A stretch of DNA of 64,000 bases from the human T2T-CHM13v2.0 reference genome, Homo sapiens: assembly GCF_009914755.1 (NCBI RefSeq), contig NC_060925.1; one strand, given 5' to 3'. The number at the start of each line of letters is the position of its first letter. Position 1 is the first letter of the stretch. Positions 1-14,069 of this stretch are shown in pieces. Made by a program: the position numbers and the translations under genes. The notes under the pieces were generated by a model. The model was not told where the DNA came from, did no database searches, and saw nothing but the letters and a program-made list of their open reading frames with translations.

Positions 1-779
1 AGAGCTGGGATGTGCTCTCTTGCATTTAATGTCTTTGAATCCACAAAAAATGAGTTAATTTTCTTGGAACTCAGTTTCCTCATCTCTAAAATGGTAATGA
101 TAAAAATCTACCTCATGGGAAAGTCATGAGAATTAAAAGTAATGTTATGAAACATAATGCCTCATAAATAATGAGCATCAAATAGGCGGTAGGGAAAGGA
201 GTTTAAAATTGTATCATCCTGGCTGCTATTCCTAGAGTCCTCTAGGGTGGGAAGTGCTTGCCTGGGAAAATACTTTAAGAGTAGGTGGACTGAGACAAAA
301 GATGTGATCTAAAAGCAAGAATGATCCATGAAGAAAAACTGCTTTGCAAGAGAAGCAGGGGGAACCATTTTGCCTCAAAGAGGGAAGAACTGAGAAAATC
401 AGGATGATAAAAAACAGCAGACGGTGAGGAGGAACAGGGCTGAATATTACCAGGAGTAAGAGAGTTTAAAAAATCTGAGAATGGGAATGTTTATATTTCA
501 TTGGAAGTGTTTGGCTTTTACTAAGCTTAGACTCTTCCTTTACCATATATAGAAACTTTTTTGTAAAGCAGGGTTTTTCCCTTCTGAAAACCAACGAAAA
601 GACACTGGTTTGATATGGTATACATAAGTGATTGCATGTTTGCAAAGGAGTCAAGATGACCATAAAAAAAGCATGATTGGCAATTCATAAAGTATTAGAG
701 ACAGCTTTGAATTTCACAGAATGCGGTTCTGGAATTTCAGCTAGTGTTACCCAGAGCGCAAGTGAGTAATATTTCAAAC

Positions 780-975
780 ACTGGAGCCAGACTGCCTGAA
801 ATAGAACACTGCCTTCTTCTATTATGGTGTTTCCCTGGGCAAGTTACTTACCTTCTCTGCTCAGTTTCCTCATCATAATAAAGCAATAATAGCACCTGAC
901 TAATAACGTTATTGGTATTAATGAGTTAATATATGAAATGCCCTTAGAAAGATGCCTTGCACACAGAGAGATCTT
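780..975 (+). mobile_element. MIR
   Basis: CTGGAGCCAGACTGCCTG...GGGCAAGTTACTTACCTTCTCTGCTCAGTTTCCTCATC core. Confidence 0.75.
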
Positions 976-1018
976 TAAATACAGGCTACTATTAGGAAAG
1001 CCTCCCGCTGAGCCTCCA

Positions 1019-1521
1019 TGTAATGGTGAATTTTCTGTGTCAACTTGACTTTGCCACAGGGTGCCCAGATAAAGCATTATTTCTGGGTGTGTTTGTGAGA
1101 GTGTTTCTGGACAAGGTATGCATTTAAATTGGTGGACTCGGAAAAACAGTTTGACATTCCCAACATGGGTGGGCATCAGCCCATCTGTTTGAGGGCCTTA
1201 AGAGAACAAAAGTTGGAGGAAGGAGCAATGAGTTCCTTTTGCTTCCCGCATACCTGCTTGAGCTGGATCATCAGTCTTTTTCTGCCTTGGACTGAGAGTT
1301 ACACCATTATCTCCCCTGGTTTTCACACCTTCAGCCTCAAACTGCAATCACACCACTAGCTTTCCTGTGTTTCCAGCTAACAGAAGGTGGATTGTGGGAC
1401 TTCTCAGGCCCAATAACTGAATGAGTCAATTTCCTCATAATAAATCTCTTCACATATATCTCCTATTGGTTCTGTTTCTATGGAGAACCCTAATCAGTAC
1501 AGATTTTGGCACAAAGAATGG
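1019..1521 (+). mobile_element. MLT2-family (ERVL) LTR plus start of internal sequence
   Basis: TGTAATGGTGAATTTTCTGTGTCAACTTGAC ... GGTTCTGTTTCTATGGAGAACCCTAATCAGTACA, followed by GATTTTGGCAC (internal start). Confidence 0.82.
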
Positions 1522-4239
1522 TAGCTTTTATTATGACCTAAGTAAGATATACTAAGTGGCCTGGAGCTCTCTGATACATCAAAAGGAAGTATGGATACAT
1601 CTATAGACCAAAAGATGACCAGGGACTTTTGAATGGTAATGTGCTCATGTTTTCATTCAGCTGTACTTCTTTGAGGAAAATGAAAGTTAAATAGTCTAAT
1701 TCTGTGGCATTTTAATACAAAGTTTTGCTTCTTACAATTTAGCTTCTTAAGGAGGGAGGTCAGAATTAGAGCAATGGAAAATAGAGCAAGAGAATCATGA
1801 CAAAAATTCATTTTCCTAGGAATACTGCTATCACTATGTTACTAATAACCATCTCTACTACCAGAATTTTTAAAAATGTCAAAGAAGGGTCTGAGTATTA
1901 TTTAGCTTTAATCCATCCTGTTCCATGCCTCTCTCTCTCACAAGTCACAATGCAGGCATTCAGTAAAATTAAATTCCAAATTGGATGAAAAAATGTTGGA
2001 GCTGGCATTCCGTTATATGTAGGTTACTAAATCATCAATTTTACAGTATTAGAAACCATTACTAAAATTAGTTTCCCAACTCCATTTGTAAACAAGTCTA
2101 TGGAGTCTTGACACAAATAGTAACATCACATTCTACTACAATGATTAGGTTGATCCTGGAATCCATATATTACCTCTAATTGACATTTTTGGTTTACAGT
2201 AATGTAATTACACACAGATAAGTACAAATTATATTATATTAAAATATAATATAATATTTAAGATAGAATGTAATAAAATATAATATTTTGATTTTAAATG
2301 ATATTTTAGGTATCAATAGCACATTCTATCATTTAAATTTTTAAATAATAATTATATAATAAAATTCAAAATTTTCTAAAGTTAATCTAATTTAAATATT
2401 TATACATTATGTTTTAAATTTTTATTGCAAAAACAGCATTCAAGTCTTGGCAATATATATAATATATAATTTTCCAGATTATAATCTGGAAAATATACTT
2501 AAAATAATTGTTAAGTCCTTGAGTGTCATGCTTATGGTAATCAATATATCTTTCTATTCTGTTTTCTTTTTTTGGTAAGTTGATTTATAAAGAGATCTAA
2601 TGAACAAAGTTTCCAATATATTTCCAAAAGTCTGTAAAATTAAACTTTTTTAGAGAATTAGATTCACTCTCTGATTTCAAAGGTGTTCTCTCCTAATAAG
2701 AAAATCTGTTCCAACAAGTAATTAAAATTACATTTCTAAATTCCACATTCTGCTTTTATCAAAAAGCAGATTTAGTACAATGAACAGTGCAATGTATAAT
2801 TTTTCCACTCAATCCCTTTAAGAAGTTAGTAAAATGAACAATCAATCCACATGATCTTTACACAGTTGCTCAGTACATTAGAATATATCATACAGATAAT
2901 CACTGGTTCAGTGGGAGTTCTCTGATTGCACAGGATTTAACTGTTTAGGCAACCACATTGGGTAGGATACTTTGCAGATTCTACTGCTGGAAATATCACA
3001 TGAATCATCTGCCAATGTAATTCTAGCAAGCAAGCAGTCCAAAGTTCATGCCAAAAGTTAAATGCTGCTCCTTCAGAATGGAGTTACCTATCTCCCTCAC
3101 AAATTCTAAATTCACCAAGTACATGCTACATTTTAATCCACTTAAGTTAGTACATTCTCCTTCCTTAAAAAGAAGGTTAGATAGAAAAATTATCTTTGGT
3201 CTAATATAATAATTGATTATAAAATTATTTTCAACTAATATCTAACTTTTGAAAAAGTTGTGCTGATTAGTACAAATGGAATCTATAAAGTTATTTTTAC
3301 AGCTTTGTTGCTAGAAACTGATTTACTGATATAAGATAAACCTGGACAGGTTTCAAATTCATTTCACAAGTCCTCCAAAATGTAAATCAAATTATGCTGT
3401 TCCTCATTACAAACAGAAAACTAGACTTTGCTGAATGAATATAAAGAAAGCACTATGCCCTTTAGCTAGTCCTTGGATCTCAAATGTCCTTCTCAAATAC
3501 TGCACTTAGCCAGCAACTTTCCATCTTTTAATTTCTCTTATAACCAAAGTACACTCTGAATTGGTCTTATGCAGCTAATATAAATCTGAATATTTCTCTG
3601 ATTTGTCAAAGTTAATTTGAATTCTAATCCTATTATATCCAAAATTCTACCAACCATGTCCAACATCCTGTCAACCAAAACTTAATAAGCACGCTCTTGT
3701 TTTAGCCTCCCAAATAATAAATTATATGAAATAATACTGATTCTGGAACTACATCCTGCCATTCATGATTCAACATGGCATTTTAAGTCAACACTGAGTC
3801 ATTCACAAATATATATTACTAAGCTCTTCAAAAAAGATGTGCACTTTTCTAACAATCATCAGTATTTCTAAAGACTTTTATGTGATTTCTAAAGGTCATG
3901 GAAGGACTCCAAAGGTGTCCAGGAGTGTCCACATCAATGATTCATGTCCTGCCTAGATTAACATGGCAAGTGCATGATAAATGAATGCATGAAAGTTGTT
4001 GGCTAGAGAAGCAACATGAGAAAGTAGGCAGATGGAAGAAAGTGATAGATTGTCACTGTACTTTTACTCGTTTCACATCAACTCCTTCAGACTGACTCCT
4101 GAAGATTGCTGTCAACAGCTTCCATAGCTTCTTTGCCACAACACTTGCCTTTCCATTTGTCTTTTTTCATTCTGTGAAATGATTTTTCCTCCTCTTTACA
4201 ACCTTTTAAAAGTTGCCTCCTCTATTAATTATTTTGATT

Positions 4240-4435
4240 AAGAGGACAAACTCTGAATCAAGAATGCCTGGATATGAACCTTACTCCACCATTCAAGAAC
4301 CATGATCTGGGACAAGTAAGTGACATTGTTTTGTATCAGATTCCTCATATTTACATGGGGACAATGATAGTACCTATCTCAGAATTGCTCTGAATATTAG
4401 ACAAGTTAATGTAAGAAGTGTACTTACAACTATAG
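4240..4435 (+). mobile_element. MIR
   Basis: Diverged MIR core (GGGACAAGTAAG...ATTCCTCATATTTACATGGGGACAATGATAGTACCTATCTC). Confidence 0.65.
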
Positions 4436-4980
4436 TATTATGTGTTTGATATTAATTTTCTTATAATTATTGATGTCATGATTTATCTAACCCACGTTGA
4501 CATGTGATTAATTTATCATTATTTTTCCCCAATGACTTTGTAATGATCCATTCCAGAATATACACCTTTATAATAATTTTGTTCATTAATTTGTGAGGTT
4601 CTCTATACTGCAAATAACTTGAAAACAGGAGCCATGTTACATTATCACATGATTTTCCGAGTGTAGATGGTGCTTACATAATGAGTTAATTTTACTTTTG
4701 GGAAAAATGGCAAATAGAAGAAATGAAGAAATGAATAGGGTAGAGCTTCACAAAGAAAGTAAGATTTTGGTTTTGCTTTTAGCATAAATTTGGTAAGGTC
4801 TTCAGAAAATTCGCCAATATACAGTCTTACTCATATAGATGCAGAGGAAATATACAACATATTGGTTTACAAATTGCCTGCATTTAGCTCATATGGGGAC
4901 ATTTTTAAAAATTCAACTCACAGCTACTGAATTAGGATTTCTTAGAGTAGCCTTGGAATCTTTATTTTAAGAAGCTTTGG

Positions 4981-5427
<447 letters not shown>

Positions 5428-6189
5428 CTATTACCATGGACATAACTTGCTATAGTCTGGCCTTGATAAACAATGCTAAAAAAACTATGTTGTGACAGGT
5501 TAAGCAATATTTTTTTTCTTTTAGTGTAATAGCAATCATTTTAATTGTATCATAGGGCCCTTTTTTTCACTTTTATCAAGTGTTTTTTTGTTTATCTGGA
5601 AGGACGGGTAAAATGCACTCCATTCTGTTGCCTTGGGCAGAGGATAATTATAGAGAAAATAGGTGATTAAAACAATATAGGTCATTAGCCATCCTTGTAT
5701 TTCCAAGAATTTTATTGTTACCACATAAGTTTGAGTTAATTATGTAACCTCCTCAGAGCCTCTTTTTTGTCCTCTAGAGAAAACAACAGAAGGACATGAG
5801 ACATCTAAAACGGTAGGAAGATGAAAGTAAACGGAAAGATGTACACAGTAAAGTCTTGAAAAATAGCCAACTGGCTAGAGAGCTGTATTTTCATCTCACA
5901 ATCCAGACAGTTATTGGGTAAAGATACCTCTGTCCTATTTTTTCACTCAATTTTAGCAAGCACTTATAATCTGACTACATACAGAAAAATGTAAATACAC
6001 TGAAATACAGAGAAAGGTAATACAGCTTCTATACCCAAGGAAATGAAAACACACAATAAGAAAACACACATACACACCTATATATCAAGGTGTGGTTCCT
6101 GTTAAGAACAATACATAAAAGCTAAGACAGTCTTGAGTAGGGAGTAGCAATCCACTATGGCTGCCCTTACCAGGGAAACTTTATTAATT

Positions 6190-6885
6190 TTTTAAATTTT
6201 ATAATTACAACTTTTATTTTAGATTAACAGGGTGCATATGCAGGTTTGTTTCAAGGTTATATTGCATAACACTGAGGTTTTGGGTGTGAATGATACTGTC
6301 AATCAGGTAGTGAGCATAGTACACAATAGGAAGTTTTTCAGCCCTGTCCTTCTCTCCCTCCATCCTTCTGGAGTCCCCAGTGTCTATTGTTCCTGTCTTT
6401 ATGCTATGTGTACCCAACACTTACCTCATGCTTATAAGTAAAAAAATGTGGTATTTAGTTTTCTGTTTCTGCTTTAGTTCATTTAGGATAATGGCCTCCA
6501 GCTGCAAGTATGTTGCTGCGAAGGACAAGATTTCATTCTTTTCATGGCTACATAGTATTCTAGGATGTATACATACCACATTTTCTATATCCAATCCATT
6601 ATTGATGAGCACCTAGGTTGATTTTGTGTCTTTGCTATTGTAAATAGCACTTCAATGACCATATAAATGTGAGTGTCTTTTTGGTAGAATGATTTAGTTC
6701 CCTTTGGGTATATACCCAGTAATAGTATTGCTGGGCTAAATGGTATTTCTGGTTTTAGTGGTTTGAGAAATCTCCAAACTGCCTGCCAAAGTGGCTGAAC
6801 TAATTTACATTCCCACCAACTGTGTATAAGCTTTCCCTTTTCTCTGTAGCCACAGCTTCCCCAAAAGCTGTTATTTTTTTACCTT
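6190..6885 (-). mobile_element. L1 3' end (L1PA15/16-like)
   Basis: Reverse L1 3'UTR and ORF2 end; ORF-track peptide ...HEKNEILSFAATYLQLEAIILNEL. Confidence 0.85.
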
Positions 6886-6889
6886 AAAA

Positions 6890-7990
6890 AAAATTATCTT
6901 TTATTTTAAGTTCAGGGGTACATGTGCAGGTTTGTTGCATAGGTAAACTTGTGTCATGGGGGTTTGTTATACAAAGTATTCGCTTACCCAGGTATTAAGC
7001 CTAGTACCCATTAGTTATTTTTCCTGATCCTCTCTCACCTTTCAACCTCCACACTCTGATAGACACCAGTGTGTGTTGTTCTCCTCCATGCGTTCATGTA
7101 TTCTCATCATTTAGCTCCCACTAGTAAGCGAGAACATGGGGTATTTGGTTTTCTGTTCCTGTGTTAGTTTGCTAAAGATAATGGTCTCTGGCTCCATCCA
7201 TGTTCCTGCAAAGGATATAGTCTTGTTCTTTTTTATGGCTATATAGTATTCCATTCTGGACACGTGAACTGGCAAAAATTTCATGAGCAGATGCCAAAAG
7301 CAATTGCAACAATATCAAAAATTTAGAAATGGGATCTGGGACCTAATTAAACCAAGGAGCTTCTTTACAGCAAAGAAAACTATCAACAAAGTGAACCGCC
7401 AACTTACAGATGGGAGAAAATTTTTGCAAGCTATGCATCTGACAAAGGTCTAATATCCAGTATCTATAAGGAACTTAAACAAATTGACAAGAAAAAAACA
7501 AACAACCCCACTAAAAACTGGGCAAAGGCAAAGGACATGAACAGATACTTTTCAAAATAAGACACACATCTGGCCAACTATCATATTAATAAAAGATCAA
7601 TATTACCGATCATTAGAGAAATGCAAACCAAAACCACAATGAGATACCATCTCACACCCATCAGAATGGTTATTACTAAAAAGTCAAAAAAATAGATGCT
7701 GGTCAGGTTGTATAGAAAAAGGAAAACTTATACACTATTAGTGGGAGTTTAAATTAGTTCAACCATTGTGGAAGACAGAGTGGCAATTCCTCAGATACTT
7801 AAAATCAGAAATCCCATTACTGGGTATATACCCAAAGGAATATAATTCAGTCTATTATGAAGACACATGTATGTGTATGTTCACTGCAACACTATTTAAA
7901 TTAGCAAAGACATGGAATTAACCTGCCCAATAATGACAGACTGGATAAAGAAAATATGTTATATATACACCATGGGAGATACTATGCAGG
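6890..7990 (-). mobile_element. L1PA13-like element with 5' inversion (minus 6890-7254, plus 7251-7990)
   Basis: Reverse 3'UTR up to TAGTATTCCAT, then forward ORF2 C-terminal sequence ending ...CACCATGGGAGATACTATGCAG. Confidence 0.82.
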
Positions 7991-8847
7991 AAAAGTTTTA
8001 TAAAGGAGGGTGAGTTTCCTCTTGGCCTAAAACAACATGTTGAATATGAAAGAACATGGAAAATAAATAGTGGGAGAAAGGTATCACCGCAAATTTCAGA
8101 AGACAGAAGATTGTGAGTTAACGTGCAAGCGTCAGGAAAGCACAGACGTCCTTGGGATAGAATAACATATAATGTGGTTACAACACAGAGCGCTTGTGAA
8201 GAGTGGTGGGTGAAGATTAACCTGGAGGGGCATTTTGAGGGAAATTGTGGTAGAACTTTGAAACTTCACAGTAAGAAATCAGGCAATGGAAATTCACTGA
8301 TAGTTTTCGAATGGGGAAAAGGGCAGAAAGATTTGCATTCTCAAATCCAGGTAAGTAGAATACAGGATGAACTTGAGGGTAGCAAGGGGATATGAAATTA
8401 AATCATACTTGTAAAAGTATTTTGTAAAATAGGAAATATAAACAATGTGTAAAACAATTCTAAAATTTTCAGTAAGAAGAAACAAAAATGAGTAAAATCT
8501 GGAAGGAGGAAACATGTTATTTAAAATAGTAAGGAAAAGTACTTATTGAAAATAGAATTGACTTAATAAAGAACAATGGGAAAAGTGAAAAAAGTGAGTT
8601 CTAAAGTGTCCACTACTAATTTTATTGTTAATAGGAAGCCATTCTAGGGTCTTGTGCAGGAAGTAACATGATTTAAATTGTGTGTTGAGATGTAACATTT
8701 GAAACAGTTAAGAATTTGGAGAATTATCAAAAAATTAGGGTTGTTAGCAAGGCATACGATTTTAAGAGAATGTAAACCAACATAATCTTAAGCAAAATGT
8801 ATTTATGAAAGTGAATTTTTTAAAGTGAGGTAGTAAAACTCAAAAAG

Positions 8848-9363
8848 CCCAAAGGATTATAAATCATTCTACTATAAAGGCACATGCAAATGTATGTTTA
8901 TTGCAGCACTGTTCACAATAGCAAAGACATGGAACCAACCCAAATGCCCATCAATGATAGACTGGGTAAAGAAAATGTGGCACATATACACCATGGAATA
9001 CTATGCAGCCATAAAAAGGATGAGTTCATGCCATTTGCAGGAACATGGATGAAGCTGGAAACCATCCTTCTCAGCAAACTAACATAGGAACAGAAAACCA
9101 AACACCACATATTCTCACTCATTAGTGGGATTTGAACAATGAGAACACATGGACACAGGGAGGGGAACATCACACACTGGGGACTTTTGGGGGGTGGGGA
9201 GATAGAGGAGGGATAGCTTTAGGAGAAATACCTAATGTAGATAACAAGTTGATAGGTGCAGCAAACCACATGGCACTTGTACACCTGTGTAACAAACCTG
9301 CGCGTTCTGCACATGTATCCCAGAACTTAAAGTATAATAAAAAAAAGAAGAAGAAGAAAAAAA
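8848..9363 (+). mobile_element. L1PA7/8-like 3' end
   Basis: Forward L1 3' end and A tail; degenerate TSD AAAACTCAAAAAGCC / AAAATGCAAAAAGCC. Confidence 0.88.
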
Positions 9364-10231
9364 TGCAAAAAGCCAAATGTGAAAACTTTGAATCGAAACA
9401 ATTTTGAAGTGCCTGTACTAATGTCTAGTTCATCATTGGAAATAAACAATAGTTGGTCCTCCTTTGTGACTCAATCATGTGTAAATTATTATTTTTATCA
9501 TTTCAGTATTGCCTACTAGTTGTGGGCTATTTCTTATCGTAAAGGTACTTTCCATTCTGTAAAAGAGGAATAACTGGAATAAAGGGCATTAACACCTTTA
9601 TATTTGGGGTCTCTTTTATTGAAATACTTGAATGTCTGAACAAATCACTTTAGTTGTCTTGGCTGTTTTTGATGATATAATTCATTTTTCCTGTAGTTTA
9701 CAGTAAAATTTTAGTTTAGATATATAAAATAATCTATAGAGATTTCTGTTAGGCAGATAGAGCTGTTAAGAGTCAAGTGACTGTGTGTGCTAGGATTCTA
9801 AACCAGGGTTAAAATATTTTGCGTTAATTCCATTTTGTATTATTGAGGATAGTTAGAAAACATTTTCAATACTATGCTGATTTTTCAAATAAAAAATACA
9901 TTCTTGAGTTTAATTAAAAAGTGAAAAATGTCTGCCTTAATTATCGGAATTTTATTTATTATTTAACATATTATCTTTCAAGAATTTTTAAAAATATGTT
10001 CACAAATTCTAAAGGTTAAAGTAGAGAAAAGTTCCTATCACCATATAGGTTTACTAGAGGCCTATTAGAGGTATATCCCAGAATTACAAATCATACAAAG
10101 CAAGTGTAATTTAATAATTTACTTTCTTAAAATAGTGGAGTACCCTACTACATTTGAAGTTCATTTATAGATTAGCAGGAACCTGATAGGATTCTTAAAC
10201 CAGAGAATCATATATTTTAAATCAAAACTAA

Positions 10232-10487
10232 TTGTCTTAGTCAATAATACAAAACCTCAAACACCATAAACTGGGTAGCTTATAAAAACACTTATTTCTC
10301 ACAGTTCTGGAGCCTGAGAAGTCCAACATAAAGGCACCAACAGATTTGTTGTTTGGTTGGGGGTTTGTTTCCTAGTTCGTAGGCCATTACTTCTCCCAAA
10401 ATGCTCCACCTTCTACTACCGTCACCTTCAGGCTTAAGATTTCAACATAAGAATTTTGGACAGGACACAAATATTCAGATCATAGCC
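10232..10487 (-). mobile_element. MST/MLT1A (MaLR) LTR, internally deleted
   Basis: TGTCTTAGTC...TTATTTCTCACAGTTCTGGAG...GACACAAATATTCAGATCATAGC. Confidence 0.78.
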
Positions 10488-12820
10488 AATTAAATATCAA
10501 AAATTAAATGTCAACTGGATGAAATAAATTTGATGTGCACATATTCCAGAGCATTATAAAATGAGAGGCATCTGTAACTCAGTTTCCAATAACTAAAAGT
10601 TGGATAACAAAATGTCTGTGATTTTCTTTTATTAGACCCTTTCTTTGCAGAATATTTTATTAGGGAAGCTGGGTGGTATAGAAAAATTTTGGAGGCCTAC
10701 AGAACTGTGCTCTCATTTTAGTTTTGACATAAACTAGTCACATGGCCTTAGACAAGTTACATCACAAATAATGCATATGTACAATTGAGTTAATAACAGC
10801 CTTATGCAGGGTTTTTGTGAACATTAAATGAGATAACTTAGCAAAGTTGCAATACAGCAGGAGGTGCATAGTGGGTTTTCACTAAATATTGTTCTCCCTA
10901 CTTCTTTCTTTCCCTCCCACCTTGAAAACCATATTTCATTTCTTGTCTTACTACATAAGTTTTTATGTGATTTAAATGTCTGATAATCTGTAATTGATTA
11001 ACTTTCATCAATTTCTATGACAAATATAAAATCCCTACCTTTACTATACAACCCATCCAGTAAGAACACTATGGGGATTTTCTTATATCTTCCTCTTTCC
11101 TCCTTTATCAAACAATAATGATTCCCTTGGCACTGTGATGAGTGTTAACAATACCAAGCCCTGCCCTGAAGAATCTCAGTTTCTAGAAGGAGAGATAGGA
11201 ATATAAATAAATAAAATATGATTGAATAATGGTAATAATTAAAATACATGTAAAGTTTAAAATCTTCCTTAATTTTACAGTGTATTCTGTAAACTATATA
11301 AAACATGTATATCGAATTGATTCAGGAAATATTTACTTATTACCTTCAATGTGTTAGGCTTATGACATTTTTTTTAAAAGACACAGTCCCTACAAGGCCA
11401 TTAGGTTTCAGGGACCTTAATGACAGCCCACTGCTCTAATAGTCATTAATTCAAACCTCCTTGACTGAATGCAGTACTTGACTCAGAAATGTGAGTACCA
11501 TCCTCCTGAGGCACCTTCAACCTGGCACTGGAAATCTAGCAAGGTGACTTGTGATAGAAATCCTTGGATCCTACTGTCCTCTTTCCTTTGTGCAATTCTA
11601 TTATATAACCCTATTGTATTTCAACTGGAATAATCACTCATGGGCTTCTCCTCCCACTCTTCCTAAAAAGCTTCATGCTAGTGCAGTTCAGAAAGATACT
11701 TGGTTTCCCAAAACTACAGAAAATGCAAAGAAGGCATAGAAGAGGAATTTGAAGTACCAAAATTGGACAATATCAAAGCTGTGGCACAGAAGAACTTTCA
11801 ATGTGCCTCATACCAGGGAACCGGGGATCATACTTATGGAATAAAAGACACATCACAATAAGATGCTTTTTCTGAGAGTCTTCATTGTATTTTTCCTTCC
11901 TGAGCATTTTTCATGGGTGTCACATTCTACACTCATGGTCTTCCAAACTATTGAGAGATATCTTACTTCACATGACTTTTGGGTCAAAGAAGTGGTCCAT
12001 TCAAGAATAATTGTCCCATTTTTCAAATAAGAAAAAAATAAAAACAATAAATTCAAAGATGCCAATGTCAACCAGCCACTTTTTGAAACAGAAACTACAG
12101 TTTTGATATAAGGAGAATAGACTTCTGAAATTTTTGTATTTTTTCATGATCAAAGATGCTTTATCCCTAAGTATATCAAACTGCAAATAAAGGCAATCAA
12201 CTCTCTGCGTCAGGAAAACAAGACATAATCTTCAATTAATCATCAAATTCTGTTTAGTTGATATTTTTCCTAAAATTATTTCTTCAAACAACCACTGTGC
12301 TGATTTTGTTTGTATTTTACTTGTTTTGTTTGAATACATAAAAATAATATAAACAGTGTTTTAAGTATTTCAACAGAATGATTTATTAATCATTTGTTTA
12401 ATGCTACTTAGTTTTGTTGCTCACAGAATATTTATTGTTTGGGGTAGTGACATATTCTGAAACTGAAATCTAAAAATGCAATTTGAAGTGAAACTACAAA
12501 ATTTTCATTTCAAGAAAATTGCAAAGTTTCTCAATATAACGATAAAAAATATATTACAGGATAAACCATTTAAATTAAGGATAGTATTTACCTGAAAATT
12601 GCCTAACAGCTTTCCATCATTTTGTGCCTTCTAGAAGGAATACTAGAAAGGAATTAGAATTTACTTTTCATTCAGTAAAACTTCCAAAAAAAATTGAATG
12701 AGAAAAATCTGACTCCTTCTGCACATAAATACTGTATTAAAAGAATTGAAATGAAAATTGAACTCCGATGATTTTATTTAAAAATTGATTTTAATATGAG
12801 AAATATTCTATGAAATGGTA

Positions 12821-14069
12821 CAAAGTGTCCTCAAAAAGGTCATGGAAAATGTGTATTATGAAAAAACTACACAAAACCCCCAAAATTTTTGCACCAAAGT
12901 AATCATACTCTGAACAAGGTCTAGTGTGAGGCAGTAAGAAGGTTAAGACTTCACCTTGAAAAGAGCCCCTCTCATGGCAACATGAATTCTGCTAAACTTG
13001 AAGCAAGAACAAACATTAAAATTGAGTGGAATAATGGTGACATCGCTAATGCTTAAAAAATGTTTATGGGCAAAATTATCCAAAGAAATCAGCAGTTTAC
13101 AGATAAACAACTTGGGTTAAGAAGGGATGAGACAATGTTGAAGATGAAGTCCATAACAGCAGACCATCCACATCAATTTGCAATGAAAAGAAAGTATCTA
13201 GTTTGTGCCCTAATTAAAGAGGACCAAAGATTAACAGCATAAACAATAGCTAACACCTTAGACATCTCAAATGGTTCAGCTTTCAGAGTTTTGACTGAAA
13301 AGTTAAATAAGCAAACTTCCCATTTAATGGGTGCCAAAACTACTGCATCCAGATCAGCTACAGACAAGAGCAGAGATCTCAATGAAAATTTTAAACAAGA
13401 TCCCAAGCATTTCTTCAAAGAATTGTAACAGGAGATAAAACTTGGCTACACCAGTATGACCCTAAAGACAAAGCACAATCAAAACAATGGCTACCAAGAG
13501 GTGGAAGTGGCCCAATCAAAGCAAACTGGACCAGTCAAGAGCAATGATCATGACAACAGTGTTTTGAGATGCTCAAGTGTTTTGCCTGTTGATATTTCAA
13601 AGGGCCAAAAAATGGTAACATCTGTTTGGTTTTGAGAAAGTTAGCCAAAGCTTTTGTAGAAAAACTCCTGGGATGGCTTCACCAGAGAGTTCTTTTCCAA
13701 CATGACCATGCTCCTGATCATTATTCTCATTAAACAAGGGCAACTGTGTGAGTTTTGATGATAAATCTGTAGGTATTAATCTTATAGTACTGATTAGCCT
13801 CCTTCTGATTTCTTATTGTTTCCTAACTTTAAACAGTCTTTAAAAGACACCTGCTTTTCTTCAGTTAATAATGTAAAAATAAAATTAGATAAAAAAACTG
13901 CATTGACAGGATTAAAGTCCCAGGATGCTCAGTTCTTTAGAGATGGACTAAATGGCTGGTATCATTGTTTACAAAAGTGGTTTAACTTGATGGAGCTTAT
14001 GTTGACAAGTTTGTATTTTAATTTTTATCGCTAATGTCATTTTTCAATGGTATTTCTGAAGTCTCCTTG
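12821..14069 (+). mobile_element. Hsmar2 mariner transposon, near full length, defective
   Basis: TA-flanked degenerate TIRs (CAAAGTGTCCTCAAAAAGGTCATGGAAAA ... TTTTCAATGGTATTTCTGAAGTCTCCTTG). Transposase remnants: MNSAKLEARTNIK (ATG 12982), RIVTGDKTW..YDP, HDHAPDH, YSTD*PPSDF, LFPNFKQSLK. Contains frameshifts and stops. Confidence 0.92.

Noticed and set aside
6214-9407. Cluster of short ORFs
   Set aside because: Degenerate L1 ORF2/3'UTR translations.
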